NCBI GenBank assembly: GCA_000438075.1
Contig: FR903546.1
Span: 82,996-146,995, forward strand
DNA from: Clostridium sp. CAG:609
GTDB lineage: Bacteria > Bacillota_I > Bacilli_A > RF39 > UBA660
DNA length: 64,000 nucleotides
Direction: 5' to 3'
The position numbers were made by a program, and so were the translations under genes. Each line of letters begins with the position of its first letter. The first letter of the stretch is position 1. A model generated the notes under the pieces. It saw nothing but the letters and a program-made list of their open reading frames with translations. It had not been told where the DNA came from and ran no database searches. Shown here piece by piece: positions 21,837 through 31,373 of this stretch.

Positions 21837-22304
21837 ATGAAAAAAGAAAATACATTTATAATGACAGCAGAAGGTTTTCTAGAAGCTGAACAAGAACTAA
21901 ATGAACTTAAAAATGTTCGTCGTCCAGAAGTAATAAAAGCTTTAAAGGAAGCAAGAGCTCTAGGAGATTTATCTGAAAATGCTGATTATGATGCAGCTAG
22001 AAATGAACAAGCTATAATTGAAGCAAAGATACAAGAATTAGAATATAAACTTGAACACGCACAAATTATTGATAATAAAAATAAGTCAGCAATCAACTTA
22101 GGTTCAACAGTAACTATTGAATATGATGATGGTGAAGAAGAAGAATACAAAATAGTTGGTTCAATGGAAGCTGATCCATTTGATAATAAGATATCAAATG
22201 AGTCACCTTTAGGAATTGCTTTACTAAATCATAAGGTTAATGATGAAGTAAATGTTGAAAGTCCAAATGGTGGATATTCAATAAAGATTAAAAAAATAGC
22301 ATAA
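21837..22304 (+). CDS. greA: transcription elongation factor GreA
   Basis: LGDLSENADYDAA coiled-coil tip motif. GGAG lies 10 nt upstream of ATG 21837. Confidence 0.93.
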   Translation: MKKENTFIMTAEGFLEAEQELNELKNVRRPEVIKALKEARALGDLSENADYDAARNEQAIIEAKIQELEYKLEHAQIIDNKNKSAINLGSTVTIEYDDGEEEEYKIVGSMEADPFDNKISNESPLGIALLNHKVNDEVNVESPNGGYSIKIKKIA

Positions 22305-22361
22305 ATTCTTGTAAAAAAGCAATTTGTATATTATAATATAACAAACGAAAGAAGGAAAATT

Positions 22362-23606
22362 ATGAAAAACAAACATGAAATTGAAATTAAACTTGAAAAA
22401 GAATGGGTATCTGCACTGGATGCTGTATTCAAAAAGAAAAACAAAGAAGTTACAATCGATGGATTTAGAAAAGGTGCTGCACCAAAAGATATGTATATCA
22501 AAAAATTTGGTATTGAATCTTTATATAGTGATGCAGTAGATGCATGTATTAATGTTGCATATAAAAAAGCTTTAGAAGATAACAAATTAATACCAGTTAT
22601 TGAACCACTTGTTGATGTAACAGGAATTAGTGATACAAACGTAATCTTTAAGTTTACTATTATTACTAAACCAGTTGTAACACTAGGAGAATACAAAAAC
22701 TTAAAAGTTAAAAAAGAAAAAGCAGTTGTTACTGATAAAGAAGTAGATCATGAAATTGAACATATGAGAAGTCATATGGCTGATGTTGTAGTAAAAGAAA
22801 ACGGTGTTGTAGCTGAAGGAGATACTGCAGTAATTAGTTTTGATGGGTTTGTTGATGGAAAAGCTATCGAAGGTGGAAAAGGAGAAAACTATCCACTAGA
22901 AATTGGAAGTCATTCATTTATACCAGGCTTTGAAGAAGGCGTAATTGGAATGAAAAATGGTGAAGAAAAAGAATTAAACTTAAAATTCCCAGAAAACTAT
23001 GTCGAAGACTTAAAAGGAAAAGATGTTACATTTAAAGTAACAGTTAATGAAATTAAGACAAAAGTATTACCAGAAATGGATAAAGATTTCTTCATAGACT
23101 TAGGTTATGATGAAGTTAATACTCTAGATGAATTAAAGAAAAAAGTAAAAGAAGAATTAACACATGAAAAAGAACATTCTCTAGAAGATGCTCACTTAGA
23201 CAAAGTATTAGAAAAAGCAGCTGAAAATACTAAGATGGAAATTAATCCAGAAATAGTTGATGAAGAAGTAAAAAGAATGATTAACGAATATGCAAATCAA
23301 TTAAAAATGCAAGGAATGGATTTCAATGAATTCTTAAAGATGACTGGCTCTAAAATGGAAGATATAACTAATCAAATGAAACCAGAAGCTGAAAAACGTG
23401 TTAAATATCGTTTTATGTTAGAAGCTATCGCTGAAAAAGAAGACTTAAAATTCACAAAAGAAGAACTAGAAAAAAGACTTGCTGAAATAGCAGAATCTTA
23501 TGGTGTTGATAAAGAAGAAGTATTAAAATCATTTGGTTCACTAGATGTAGTTGAATATGATATGAAGATGCATAAAGCATTAGAAATATTAAAAGAAAAC
23601 AACTAA
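22362..23606 (+). CDS. tig: trigger factor
   Basis: GFRKGAAP ribosome-binding motif, a central FKBP-type PPIase region and an acidic C-terminal domain. Confidence 0.93.
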   Translation: MKNKHEIEIKLEKEWVSALDAVFKKKNKEVTIDGFRKGAAPKDMYIKKFGIESLYSDAVDACINVAYKKALEDNKLIPVIEPLVDVTGISDTNVIFKFTIITKPVVTLGEYKNLKVKKEKAVVTDKEVDHEIEHMRSHMADVVVKENGVVAEGDTAVISFDGFVDGKAIEGGKGENYPLEIGSHSFIPGFEEGVIGMKNGEEKELNLKFPENYVEDLKGKDVTFKVTVNEIKTKVLPEMDKDFFIDLGYDEVNTLDELKKKVKEELTHEKEHSLEDAHLDKVLEKAAENTKMEINPEIVDEEVKRMINEYANQLKMQGMDFNEFLKMTGSKMEDITNQMKPEAEKRVKYRFMLEAIAEKEDLKFTKEELEKRLAEIAESYGVDKEEVLKSFGSLDVVEYDMKMHKALEILKENN

Positions 23607-23612
23607 TAATTA

Positions 23613-23639
23613 AAGACTCAAAAAAAAGAGTCTTTTTTA
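23613..23639 (+). terminator. rho-independent terminator after tig (possibly bidirectional)
   Basis: agactc-A8-gagtct hairpin followed by a T run. Confidence 0.75.
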
Positions 23640-23649
23640 TTTAGACTCT

Positions 23650-23745
23650 TTAACGAATTACATAAATTAATATACCTGCGACAACACTTGCAACCATAAT
23701 GATAAGCATCATCCAAGTAGCTATTTTTTGTACTTTTTTATTCAA
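23650..23745 (-). CDS. small membrane protein, DUF4044-like (LNKKVQKIATWMMLIIMVASVVAGILIYVIR)
   Basis: Not in the ORF track. TTG start follows GTGGTGA. It is a basic N-terminus plus one TM helix, as in DUF4044 proteins. Confidence 0.45.
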   Translation of the reverse strand: MNKKVQKIATWMMLIIMVASVVAGILIYVIR

Positions 23746-23826
23746 AATTTTTTCACCACTTTCTTTTTCTATATATAATTTATCATAATTTTAAATAATT
23801 TGCAATATAATTAAGTGGTGATAATA

Positions 23827-24402
23827 ATGTGGACAAGCTTAAATAAGAAGATTTATTTACTTTTAGTATCTATTTTAACAATTGGTATTATCTGTGGTAT
23901 AGTATTTGTAATTATGCTTGATGAATCAACTAAAGAAATAGTATTTTTAAATATTAATGAATATTTTCAAAATATAAATGATACAAATATTAATAGCTTA
24001 ATACTTCATTTAATATGTATATCAAGTATTTTAGTTCTAAGTATATTTTTACTCGGAGGTCCTATTATAATATTTTATTTATTTTATAATGGATTTACCC
24101 TAGGTTTTATAATAAGTACCCTGACAAGTATATTTAGTTTAAAAGGATTACTTTATTCAATTATTTATATTGTTATAACTAAACTTATATTTTTGATATT
24201 ATTAATAATTATAAGTTGTAATTTATTTAAATTAATAAAATTTATTATAGAAAAAATAGTATATAAGAAAAATAATGATGATTCCATATACTTTTATTTA
24301 AAAAAAGTATTATTATTTATTGGGATTATTACTATAAATGACATAATTTTGTATTTTGGAGGTATAAAACTCTTAAATCTCTTTAATTTTTTGTTAATTT
24401 AA
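23827..24402 (+). CDS. stage II sporulation protein M-like membrane protein (DUF95)
   Basis: Polytopic membrane protein with the FYNGFTLGF segment characteristic of SpoIIM/DUF95. Confidence 0.55.
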   Translation: MWTSLNKKIYLLLVSILTIGIICGIVFVIMLDESTKEIVFLNINEYFQNINDTNINSLILHLICISSILVLSIFLLGGPIIIFYLFYNGFTLGFIISTLTSIFSLKGLLYSIIYIVITKLIFLILLIIISCNLFKLIKFIIEKIVYKKNNDDSIYFYLKKVLLFIGIITINDIILYFGGIKLLNLFNFLLI

Positions 24403-24417
24403 TATATAATATTAGAT

Positions 24418-25536
24418 GTGATGTTTATGGAAAAAGTTATTATTGGAATATCTGGTGGTGTTGATTCAGCCGTCGGAGCATATTTGTTAAAAAAACAAGG
24501 TTATGAAGTTGAAGGATTATTCATGAGAAATTGGGATAGTACAATTAACAATGATGTACTTGGTAACCCGAATGATTTTATGGATATCTGTCCTCAAGAA
24601 AAGGATTATAACGATGCCCTTAAGTTATGTGAAGAATTAGGTATCAAACTTCATAGAATTGATTTTATCAAAGAATATTGGGATTATGTTTTTACTTACT
24701 TTTTAGAAGAACTAAAAAAAGGAAGAACACCAAATCCAGATATGTTATGTAATAAATATATTAAATTTGATTTATTTATTAAAGAAGCTAAAAGACTTGG
24801 AGCAGACTATGTTGCAACAGGTCATTATGCACGTATTGAAAATGGTAAACTTCTTAGAAGCGTTGATTTAAATAAAGATCAAACCTACTTTTTAGCAGAT
24901 GTGAAAAAAGAATGTTTTAAGAATGTATTATTCCCAGTAGGAAACTATACAAAACCTGAAATTAGAAAAATTGCTGAAGAAAATAATTTAAATGTTGCTC
25001 ATAAGAAAGATTCAACGGGTATATGTTTTATCGGAGAAAGAAATTATCAAAAATTTGTAGAAAACTATTTAAAACCAAATCCAGGTGATATAGTTGATGT
25101 TGAAACAAAAAAAGTTATTGGTCGTCATACTGGATTAATGAATTATACGATTGGTCAAAGAAGAAATGTTGGCTTAAGTGGTAATGAACTAAGACATTAT
25201 GTCTGTGGTAAAGATGTTAAAAATAATATTTTATATGTAGCATTCGGTGAAGACAACAAATATTTATTAAGTGATGAATGTATAATTGATAATGTTAATT
25301 TTATAAGTAATGAGCGACCTACATTTTGTACTGCGAAATTTAGATATAGAGATGTTGATCATGCAGTAAGTCTTGAATACCTTGAAAATAACAAAATCAG
25401 AGTTAAATATCCGGATAAAGTCAAGGCTGTAACACCAGGTCAAGCATGTGTTTTATACCTCGGAGAAGAATGCCTTGGCTGTGGTTTTATCGACACTGTC
25501 AAAAATAATGATGAATTTTTATGGTATTTACACTAA
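24418..25536 (+). CDS. mnmA: tRNA 2-thiouridine(34) synthase MnmA
   Basis: PP-loop SGGVDS, NPDMLCN and TGHYAR motifs. The start is ambiguous (GTG 24418, ATG 24421 or ATG 24427). Confidence 0.93.
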   Translation: MMFMEKVIIGISGGVDSAVGAYLLKKQGYEVEGLFMRNWDSTINNDVLGNPNDFMDICPQEKDYNDALKLCEELGIKLHRIDFIKEYWDYVFTYFLEELKKGRTPNPDMLCNKYIKFDLFIKEAKRLGADYVATGHYARIENGKLLRSVDLNKDQTYFLADVKKECFKNVLFPVGNYTKPEIRKIAEENNLNVAHKKDSTGICFIGERNYQKFVENYLKPNPGDIVDVETKKVIGRHTGLMNYTIGQRRNVGLSGNELRHYVCGKDVKNNILYVAFGEDNKYLLSDECIIDNVNFISNERPTFCTAKFRYRDVDHAVSLEYLENNKIRVKYPDKVKAVTPGQACVLYLGEECLGCGFIDTVKNNDEFLWYLH

Positions 25537-25605
25537 TTATGCTTGATTTTAACTGTTAAGTTATGTATAATTAGTATGTAAACAATGAAAAGGATAGTGA
25601 AAAAT

Positions 25606-26376
25606 ATGGATAGATTAAATGAATTATTACAAGAATTAGGATTATCAAAGGTTAAATTAGCTAAATATTTAGGAGTATCACGTCAGATGGTATATAATTA
25701 TTTAGTATTAGATAGCCTAGATAAATGGCCAAAAGAAAAGAAGGTATTATTACTTCAACTACTTGATATAAAAGATGGAAGTAAAAAAAGTATAGAAAGT
25801 ATAACAGTTGATACTGATTATTTAATGGAAGTTGAAAAAAGATTAAACAATGCAATTAAACAATCAAATAGTGGTGACTCAGTAATTGATATGGCTGGAC
25901 TTACAAAAGAAAATAAAACTTTGTTAAGTGACTTTATCTTCCTTATCAAAGAAAAGCTTGAAGATAACGCAGATGAAAATTCATCAGCTATAAAATACAT
26001 GTATTATATGCTTCAATCAATGGATAATATTCCAGAAATAAAATACATAATGGGTTACATGGCAAAATCAAACGGATTTATTAAACCTGAAGAATATGCT
26101 TTTGATGAAGATAAACAATTTATATTCGAAGGAATACTTTATTCTGCTTTAACACTTTATAACAATGGTGGAGCATCAAAAAGTAAATTAGCAGAAAGTC
26201 ACAAAAGATTCATTCAAGAAATCGAACAAAAAAATGAAGAAAAATTAACAAGAACTCAACAACTAAGTACAGTTAAAATTCAAGCACTACGAGAACTTGG
26301 ATATAACGATATAAATGCTGAAAATGCAGCGGAAGTATTTGAAAAAATGGCAGAAATTCAAACTAGAAAAGTTTAA
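25606..26376 (+). CDS. helix-turn-helix (XRE-like) domain protein
   Basis: N-terminal LSKVKLAKYLGVSRQMVYNYL HTH. The remainder is unassigned. Confidence 0.6.
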   Translation: MDRLNELLQELGLSKVKLAKYLGVSRQMVYNYLVLDSLDKWPKEKKVLLLQLLDIKDGSKKSIESITVDTDYLMEVEKRLNNAIKQSNSGDSVIDMAGLTKENKTLLSDFIFLIKEKLEDNADENSSAIKYMYYMLQSMDNIPEIKYIMGYMAKSNGFIKPEEYAFDEDKQFIFEGILYSALTLYNNGGASKSKLAESHKRFIQEIEQKNEEKLTRTQQLSTVKIQALRELGYNDINAENAAEVFEKMAEIQTRKV

Positions 26377-26387
26377 TGAGGTAAGTT

Positions 26388-27191
26388 ATGAAAAAAAGTA
26401 AAAAACAAACAATATTAATAATAGTATTAGCAATAATAGTTATCACACTAGGTATCGTTTTATTTATAAAAAAAGGTATACCACTAAATTCAAATAGTTC
26501 TGTTGTAACAGAAAGTTACAGTTATCTTGGAAACAATGATTTACAAAAATGTGGTGGTCTTGTAACATATAGCAAAGATGAAGTTACAAATAAAAATTTA
26601 AGTGAAGAAACAAAAATATGTCTTGCATATAACAAAGTGAATAAAGATGATATTGAAGAAGTAAAAATTGATAAAACGAAAAAAGAAAATATTTGTAAGC
26701 TTGATGATGAATTAATATTTGCAACAGATAATTATGAAGATAAGATTTGTACATTAACTAAATTAAATAAAGATAAAGTTAATAATGAATATAAAAATAT
26801 GTTTGGAAGTGATATTTCTGAATATAAACAATTTCAATATGATGGAGCAACAATTTGTTATGTAAAAGATGATGCATATTATTGTGGTTTATCTGAAACT
26901 TTTACATATTCAATCGGAGCAGAACCTCACACTTATAGAGCAATCAAAGATGCCTATAAAAAGGGTGATGAATTAATAATTTATGATTATTTCTTAAAAG
27001 TTATTAATGATGAATGCTTTACATCATACATGGACACTACAAAAAATGATAAATGTAGTACAAATTATAGCGAACTAACAAATAAAGATATGACATACAA
27101 GTTCTTAAAGAAAAATGGTACACTATATAAGCATACATTTAAAAAAGATGGAAAGAGTTATTATTGGGTATCATCAAAACCGGTTAATTAG
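26388..27191 (+). CDS. membrane-anchored Cys-rich hypothetical protein
   Basis: N-terminal signal-anchor. No recognised domain. Confidence 0.5.
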   Translation: MKKSKKQTILIIVLAIIVITLGIVLFIKKGIPLNSNSSVVTESYSYLGNNDLQKCGGLVTYSKDEVTNKNLSEETKICLAYNKVNKDDIEEVKIDKTKKENICKLDDELIFATDNYEDKICTLTKLNKDKVNNEYKNMFGSDISEYKQFQYDGATICYVKDDAYYCGLSETFTYSIGAEPHTYRAIKDAYKKGDELIIYDYFLKVINDECFTSYMDTTKNDKCSTNYSELTNKDMTYKFLKKNGTLYKHTFKKDGKSYYWVSSKPVN

Positions 27192-27267
27192 GAAGGAAAT
27201 TCTTTCCTTTTTATTTACAATTAAAAATTTTTTTGATATGATATTAATAGAGTAGAGAGGATTTATT

Positions 27268-28728
27268 ATGGATAGTGAAAAAATAAGTGGAGTAGAACCT
27301 ACTATAAATAGTTCTATGAATAATGAAAGTGAATTTATGGACTTTCGAGAAAAAAAGAATAAAAAGAAAGGATTAATAACTGGTTTAGTAGTTATATTTA
27401 TTATATTACTGTTGGGAATAGTTACATTATTTTTTATAAAAAATAATTATAATGCTGAGAAATTCTTAGATAAAACAACAACAAATTTAAATAATAGATT
27501 AGATAAGTTTATTGACACAATAGATTTAACAAATATTATAAAGACAGAAGGACCTACAGAAACAACAGGTAAAATTAAGTTTGAAACAAATTCTATTGAA
27601 CTTCGTGATTTAAATAATATAGCATTAGAATATAATGCATCAACTGATTACAAAAATAAATATTTAGATTATGATTTAACATTAACTCAAGGAGAAAAAG
27701 CAAGTATAAATCTAGGATTTTCTGTAGATAATGAAAGATTATATTTAAGAAGTAAAGATTTAACAGATAAAGAATATTATATGGATATGGCAAGTGATAC
27801 AAATGAACAACTATCAAATATCGAAGAATTAATGACATCACTAAGTGAAATTACAAACAAAGATAATATTAAATATATAATAAAAAGTTATTTAAATAGT
27901 TTTAATAAAGCATTAAAAGAAAGTATTGTATCAACAAAATATAATGGTTTAAATGTAACATATACGTATGAAATAAATGATTTAAACAAAGAAAAAATAA
28001 ATAATATATTTATCAATTCAATAAAAAATGATAAAAAATTAATGGATTTATTCAAATATTCTGAAGAAGATTTAAATAACATGAAAGAATCATTTGATAA
28101 TTGTAAAATTGAATTAACAATCAACATGTTAAATAATAATTTAAAAGAATTTAAGTTTACCATTGATGATAATACTTATCATGGAGAAAAATTAAGTGAT
28201 AGTAAAATAAAAGTTACTGTGCCAAATGATAACAATTATCTTGAAATTGAATATGATGATAAAAGAATTGGTTTTACATATTATGAAGATAATAAAAGTA
28301 CAGATCAAATAATACTTGAAAGCACAAATGATTTTATTAAAATTAATTACTCATATGACTCAGTAACGTTTGACTTAGATCTAAGTGATAAAGCATTAAA
28401 AGCCAATCTAAAAAAAGAAGGTCTAACAGCAAATGCAGATTTCAAATTTGAATCTAATTCAAAACAAACTACCACTGGAACAATAGCTATTAATGTAAAT
28501 GGTGATAATATCAAACTAATAATAAACAATAGCATAAATTATAAAGATAAAATAACTAAAAAAGATGCAAATGGTGCAACTAATTTTGCAAATATATCAA
28601 ATGAAGAAATTACAAGTATTATGTCTAAATGCTATGAAAAATTACAAGAATTTGATGTTTTAAACTTAATTAATAATCTAGCTGGTTCATTATCAAAAAA
28701 TGAAACTAATATAGATACAATATTCTAA
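27268..28728 (+). CDS. membrane-anchored hypothetical protein
   Basis: A TM segment around aa 35-57 and an Asn/Lys-rich extracellular part. Confidence 0.5.
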   Translation: MDSEKISGVEPTINSSMNNESEFMDFREKKNKKKGLITGLVVIFIILLLGIVTLFFIKNNYNAEKFLDKTTTNLNNRLDKFIDTIDLTNIIKTEGPTETTGKIKFETNSIELRDLNNIALEYNASTDYKNKYLDYDLTLTQGEKASINLGFSVDNERLYLRSKDLTDKEYYMDMASDTNEQLSNIEELMTSLSEITNKDNIKYIIKSYLNSFNKALKESIVSTKYNGLNVTYTYEINDLNKEKINNIFINSIKNDKKLMDLFKYSEEDLNNMKESFDNCKIELTINMLNNNLKEFKFTIDDNTYHGEKLSDSKIKVTVPNDNNYLEIEYDDKRIGFTYYEDNKSTDQIILESTNDFIKINYSYDSVTFDLDLSDKALKANLKKEGLTANADFKFESNSKQTTTGTIAINVNGDNIKLIINNSINYKDKITKKDANGATNFANISNEEITSIMSKCYEKLQEFDVLNLINNLAGSLSKNETNIDTIF

Positions 28729-28830
28729 GCACTTTATGTGCTTTTTTTCATTTCATCATAAAGTTTCAAACTTTGTTCATTTACATATTTTATTTCTTGT
28801 GATAAAATTATTAATAAGGTGGTAAGTAAT

Positions 28831-29577
28831 ATGAATAATGATATACTAGTAATAATCAATTGGTATGAAGAAAATATAAACAATTTAGATCATGCTCTAG
28901 AAAGGTTAAATGAAGTATTTAAAAATATAATAATTTGTAATAGATCAAATATTTTAATACCAATAAAAAACTTCAAAGTAATAAAATCTGATGATTATAA
29001 TGGCTTTTTAAATGAAATAAATAGTTATATAAATGAATTTAATATCCAAGTTAAATCATTAGTATTCGTAGATGATATAATTAATACAACATATGATGAT
29101 ATAGTAAAATGTGGTATGGAAGCCATTGAAAATAAATATAAAATAATTCAAGGATTTAATGATAATTACTTATTTGGAGAAAAATTTATAAATAATTTAT
29201 TTAATATGCTATTTAATACTCGTTTTAAGAGCGTTTTACCAGACATTAAGGCAATTAATATAGATTTATATAAAAGTCTCTTAGAAAAGATAAATAAAGA
29301 CGATTATAACACTAATAATTATTTAATAACTGCAGTTAATGAAAATATTCATATAAAAGAAAAAAATATAAAGACAATATGGCGAAAAAATCAAAAAAGA
29401 GTAGGGTGGAGTAAAGAAAGGGCATTACCCTATCTAAAGTTTGGGAATGGACTATTTCCCGTTATGCGGACCTTGCCTTTTATGTGTTCTATGTGTATTA
29501 CACCGGTTTCGTGCTCAACAGCAATGCGTTTAATGCGTACGGGGTGCGCCCAGTCTTCTATCTCTCATCTTCCGTGA
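28831..29577 (+). CDS. glycosyltransferase-like ORF whose 3' end runs out of frame into the GC-rich cassette (chimeric, probably truncated)
   Basis: The AT-rich part (to ~29395) has a GT-A-like layout (ILVIINWYEE..., VFVDDI). The last ~55 codons read the cassette in a frame different from the one homologous to 13168..13350. Confidence 0.4.
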   Translation: MNNDILVIINWYEENINNLDHALERLNEVFKNIIICNRSNILIPIKNFKVIKSDDYNGFLNEINSYINEFNIQVKSLVFVDDIINTTYDDIVKCGMEAIENKYKIIQGFNDNYLFGEKFINNLFNMLFNTRFKSVLPDIKAINIDLYKSLLEKINKDDYNTNNYLITAVNENIHIKEKNIKTIWRKNQKRVGWSKERALPYLKFGNGLFPVMRTLPFMCSMCITPVSCSTAMRLMRTGCAQSSISHLP

Positions 29578-29627
29578 ACTATGCATCGGGAAGCGGCACA
29601 GCCACTGATCCGATTTTGGTAACTTAA
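29445..29627 (+). pseudogene. orphan promoterless copy of the variable C-terminal cassette (EWTISRYADLAFYVFYVYYTGFVLNSNAFNAYGVRPVFYLSSSVNYASGSGTATDPILVT*)
   Basis: 61 codons colinear with 13168..13350. The frame is intact but there is no upstream coding body. Confidence 0.75.
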
Positions 29628-31112
29628 TACTGGACAGTTTTGAAAAACAGCTAATAAAATAAGGTAAAAGTTGAAAAGTAATAAAAGTCATGATTTTTAA
29701 TTAATTTCATGTCTTTTTTTCATGCTGAAAATAGGCAATATAAATTACCTTTTAAAAAGTTGTAAATAATGATTTAAAGCTAAGCGTCATACAGAGTGAA
29801 ATTAATAGGGAGTCTAAAATACCTTTTACAATTTTGTGCTGATGCCATTTTAAAAAGCAATAAACCAGTTTTAAATCTTGATATTACTCTATGGGATCTG
29901 GTTGAATTTGTACCTTTTCTTGTTGGTGTTATTCCAATTTTTCTATAACAAGCACTGTTTTTTGAAACTTCCGTACCAAGACATGTTAAAAAAATACTAG
30001 CAATACATACTAGAGAATATAAGTTATCAAATGCATGTATCTTTTTTATACCACTTTCTTCTAAATAAAATCCATTTGTTTTTTGAGATTTAAATAAGAA
30101 TTCAATAGAACCAAATCTGTAACCATAATATATTTTAGCAAGTTTGGGTCTTCCGTTGGTAATTAAAAGCCATGCTTCTTTATGATTTTTACTTTTACAA
30201 TATGCTAGATTAAATATATATTTTTTTCTGGTAAATTCCAAATTGTGGTAAAGTTTGGATGCGTGAACAAGATGTGGTAAATCTTTAATTGGCATCCAAA
30301 CTTTATGATCTTCTGGGTATTTTTGATAAAAAACTTTTAAGTTTGATTTGCATCTAAAAACAAATATATCTCCTAAGCTATCAATGTATTGCATTAAGGG
30401 AAACAAATTACCAAACCATCTGTCTGCAAGAAAGATGATGTTAGCATCTGGAATATATTTTTTTATTAAGTTGTGGCAATATAAAATTCCTTTTTTTAAA
30501 TTAATCATTTTAAATGCTTCACCACTTTCTTCATCTTTTTTTCCAAGAAACACTTCAAAATAAATTGGAATACCTTGCTTTCCAATTCTTACAGTAAACA
30601 TCAATATGGTAAAGTGGTCTTTATCATAAGAATGATCAAACGAAATGTGAATGTTCCTATCTTCATGAGACAACTTATATTTTGATAAAACTTCATTTAC
30701 AATATCATCAAACAGCTTATGAAAAGTATAGTGATGATTATGTAATGTTCGATAAATTCTTTTGTGAATAGAATTCAAATATATAGAGGAATTTAATTCT
30801 TTAAAATATTCAGTTGCTATTTTAACATAGTTAACTGATTGTGCCTGAATCATTGAATAAAACATTCCCGGAACAAAGTTAAGTAGTGTTTTTGATTTTG
30901 TAAATTTTTTAAAAAAATTAGAAAATCCCTTTACAATTGTGTTATTGTTATTATATAATTTAGACATGTGACAGCTCCTTTTATTTTTTTTGATATTATA
31001 ATTATAACAATAGTTGTCACAATTGAAAAGCACCAAATCGGTGCTTTTTTAGATAAACGAAAGATTTGATATAAAATATATACCGAAAACTCAAATTAAA
31101 AACTGTCCAGTA
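29628..31112 (-). mobile_element. insertion sequence (IS4-like or related DDE family), 1485 bp
   Basis: Perfect 14-bp terminal inverted repeats tactggacagtttt (29628-41) and aaaactgtccagta (31099-112) bracket a single transposase gene. It is inserted directly after the cassette stop codon. Confidence 0.85.
29780..30967 (-). CDS. DDE transposase of the IS
   Basis: LADRWFGN, AWLLITN and YGYRFGSIEFLFKSQK motifs resemble IS4/IS1634-type transposases. AAGGAG precedes ATG 30967. Confidence 0.8.
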   Translation of the reverse strand: MSKLYNNNNTIVKGFSNFFKKFTKSKTLLNFVPGMFYSMIQAQSVNYVKIATEYFKELNSSIYLNSIHKRIYRTLHNHHYTFHKLFDDIVNEVLSKYKLSHEDRNIHISFDHSYDKDHFTILMFTVRIGKQGIPIYFEVFLGKKDEESGEAFKMINLKKGILYCHNLIKKYIPDANIIFLADRWFGNLFPLMQYIDSLGDIFVFRCKSNLKVFYQKYPEDHKVWMPIKDLPHLVHASKLYHNLEFTRKKYIFNLAYCKSKNHKEAWLLITNGRPKLAKIYYGYRFGSIEFLFKSQKTNGFYLEESGIKKIHAFDNLYSLVCIASIFLTCLGTEVSKNSACYRKIGITPTRKGTNSTRSHRVISRFKTGLLLFKMASAQNCKRYFRLPINFTLYDA

Positions 31113-31262
31113 ATAAGATCAGAATAAACTAGGATCGGACATGCCTGTCTAGCGCGTCCGCGTGCTAGGTCAGGCGGGGTGCAAAATAAATGTGAAGTGA
31201 AGAAATTGGCGTGGTGGAAGACCCCAACTGCCGCATCTCGCGGTTTGAGCGAGCCCATTAAC
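31113..31262 (+). other. GC-rich downstream flank of the orphan cassette
   Basis: It contains taaactagg plus the 26-nt block 31165..31190, which is identical to 13347..13372. An extra 36-nt segment forms an imperfect GC-rich palindrome (31143..31175). Confidence 0.7.
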
Positions 31263-31373
31263 TTAACTGTGTCTTTTAAAGAAATATATGTATAAATTAA
31301 CGTAAAATAGATGTAAATGTTATTGCATCTGTTTTTCTTTGTTGTTATAATGAAGTTGAAAGGAAAAGAAATT

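Noticed and set aside
29445-29627. The orphan cassette might be the DGR template repeat (TR) for the variable region at 13168..13350, or the reverse.
   Set aside because: A TR/VR pair should differ only where the TR has adenine. Many mismatches occur where neither copy has an A (for example tct/ctt, gcg/gtg, tct/ctc, gct/ggg, cgg/cgc). Neither copy can therefore be the template of the other. Both would have to be VRs, or paralogues.
29625-31116. A target-site duplication flanking the IS.
   Set aside because: TAA occurs on both sides (29625-27 and 31114-16), but it is offset by one base on the right. Three bp is also too short to distinguish from chance in AT-rich DNA. No longer direct repeat is evident.
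31190-31262. The GC-rich tail after the shared 26-nt block might encode a small protein such as an Avd fragment, or part of a structured RNA.
   Set aside because: Only very short ORFs without an RBS are found on either strand, and there is no motif I can recognise. It is left as an unexplained flank inside the cassette finding.
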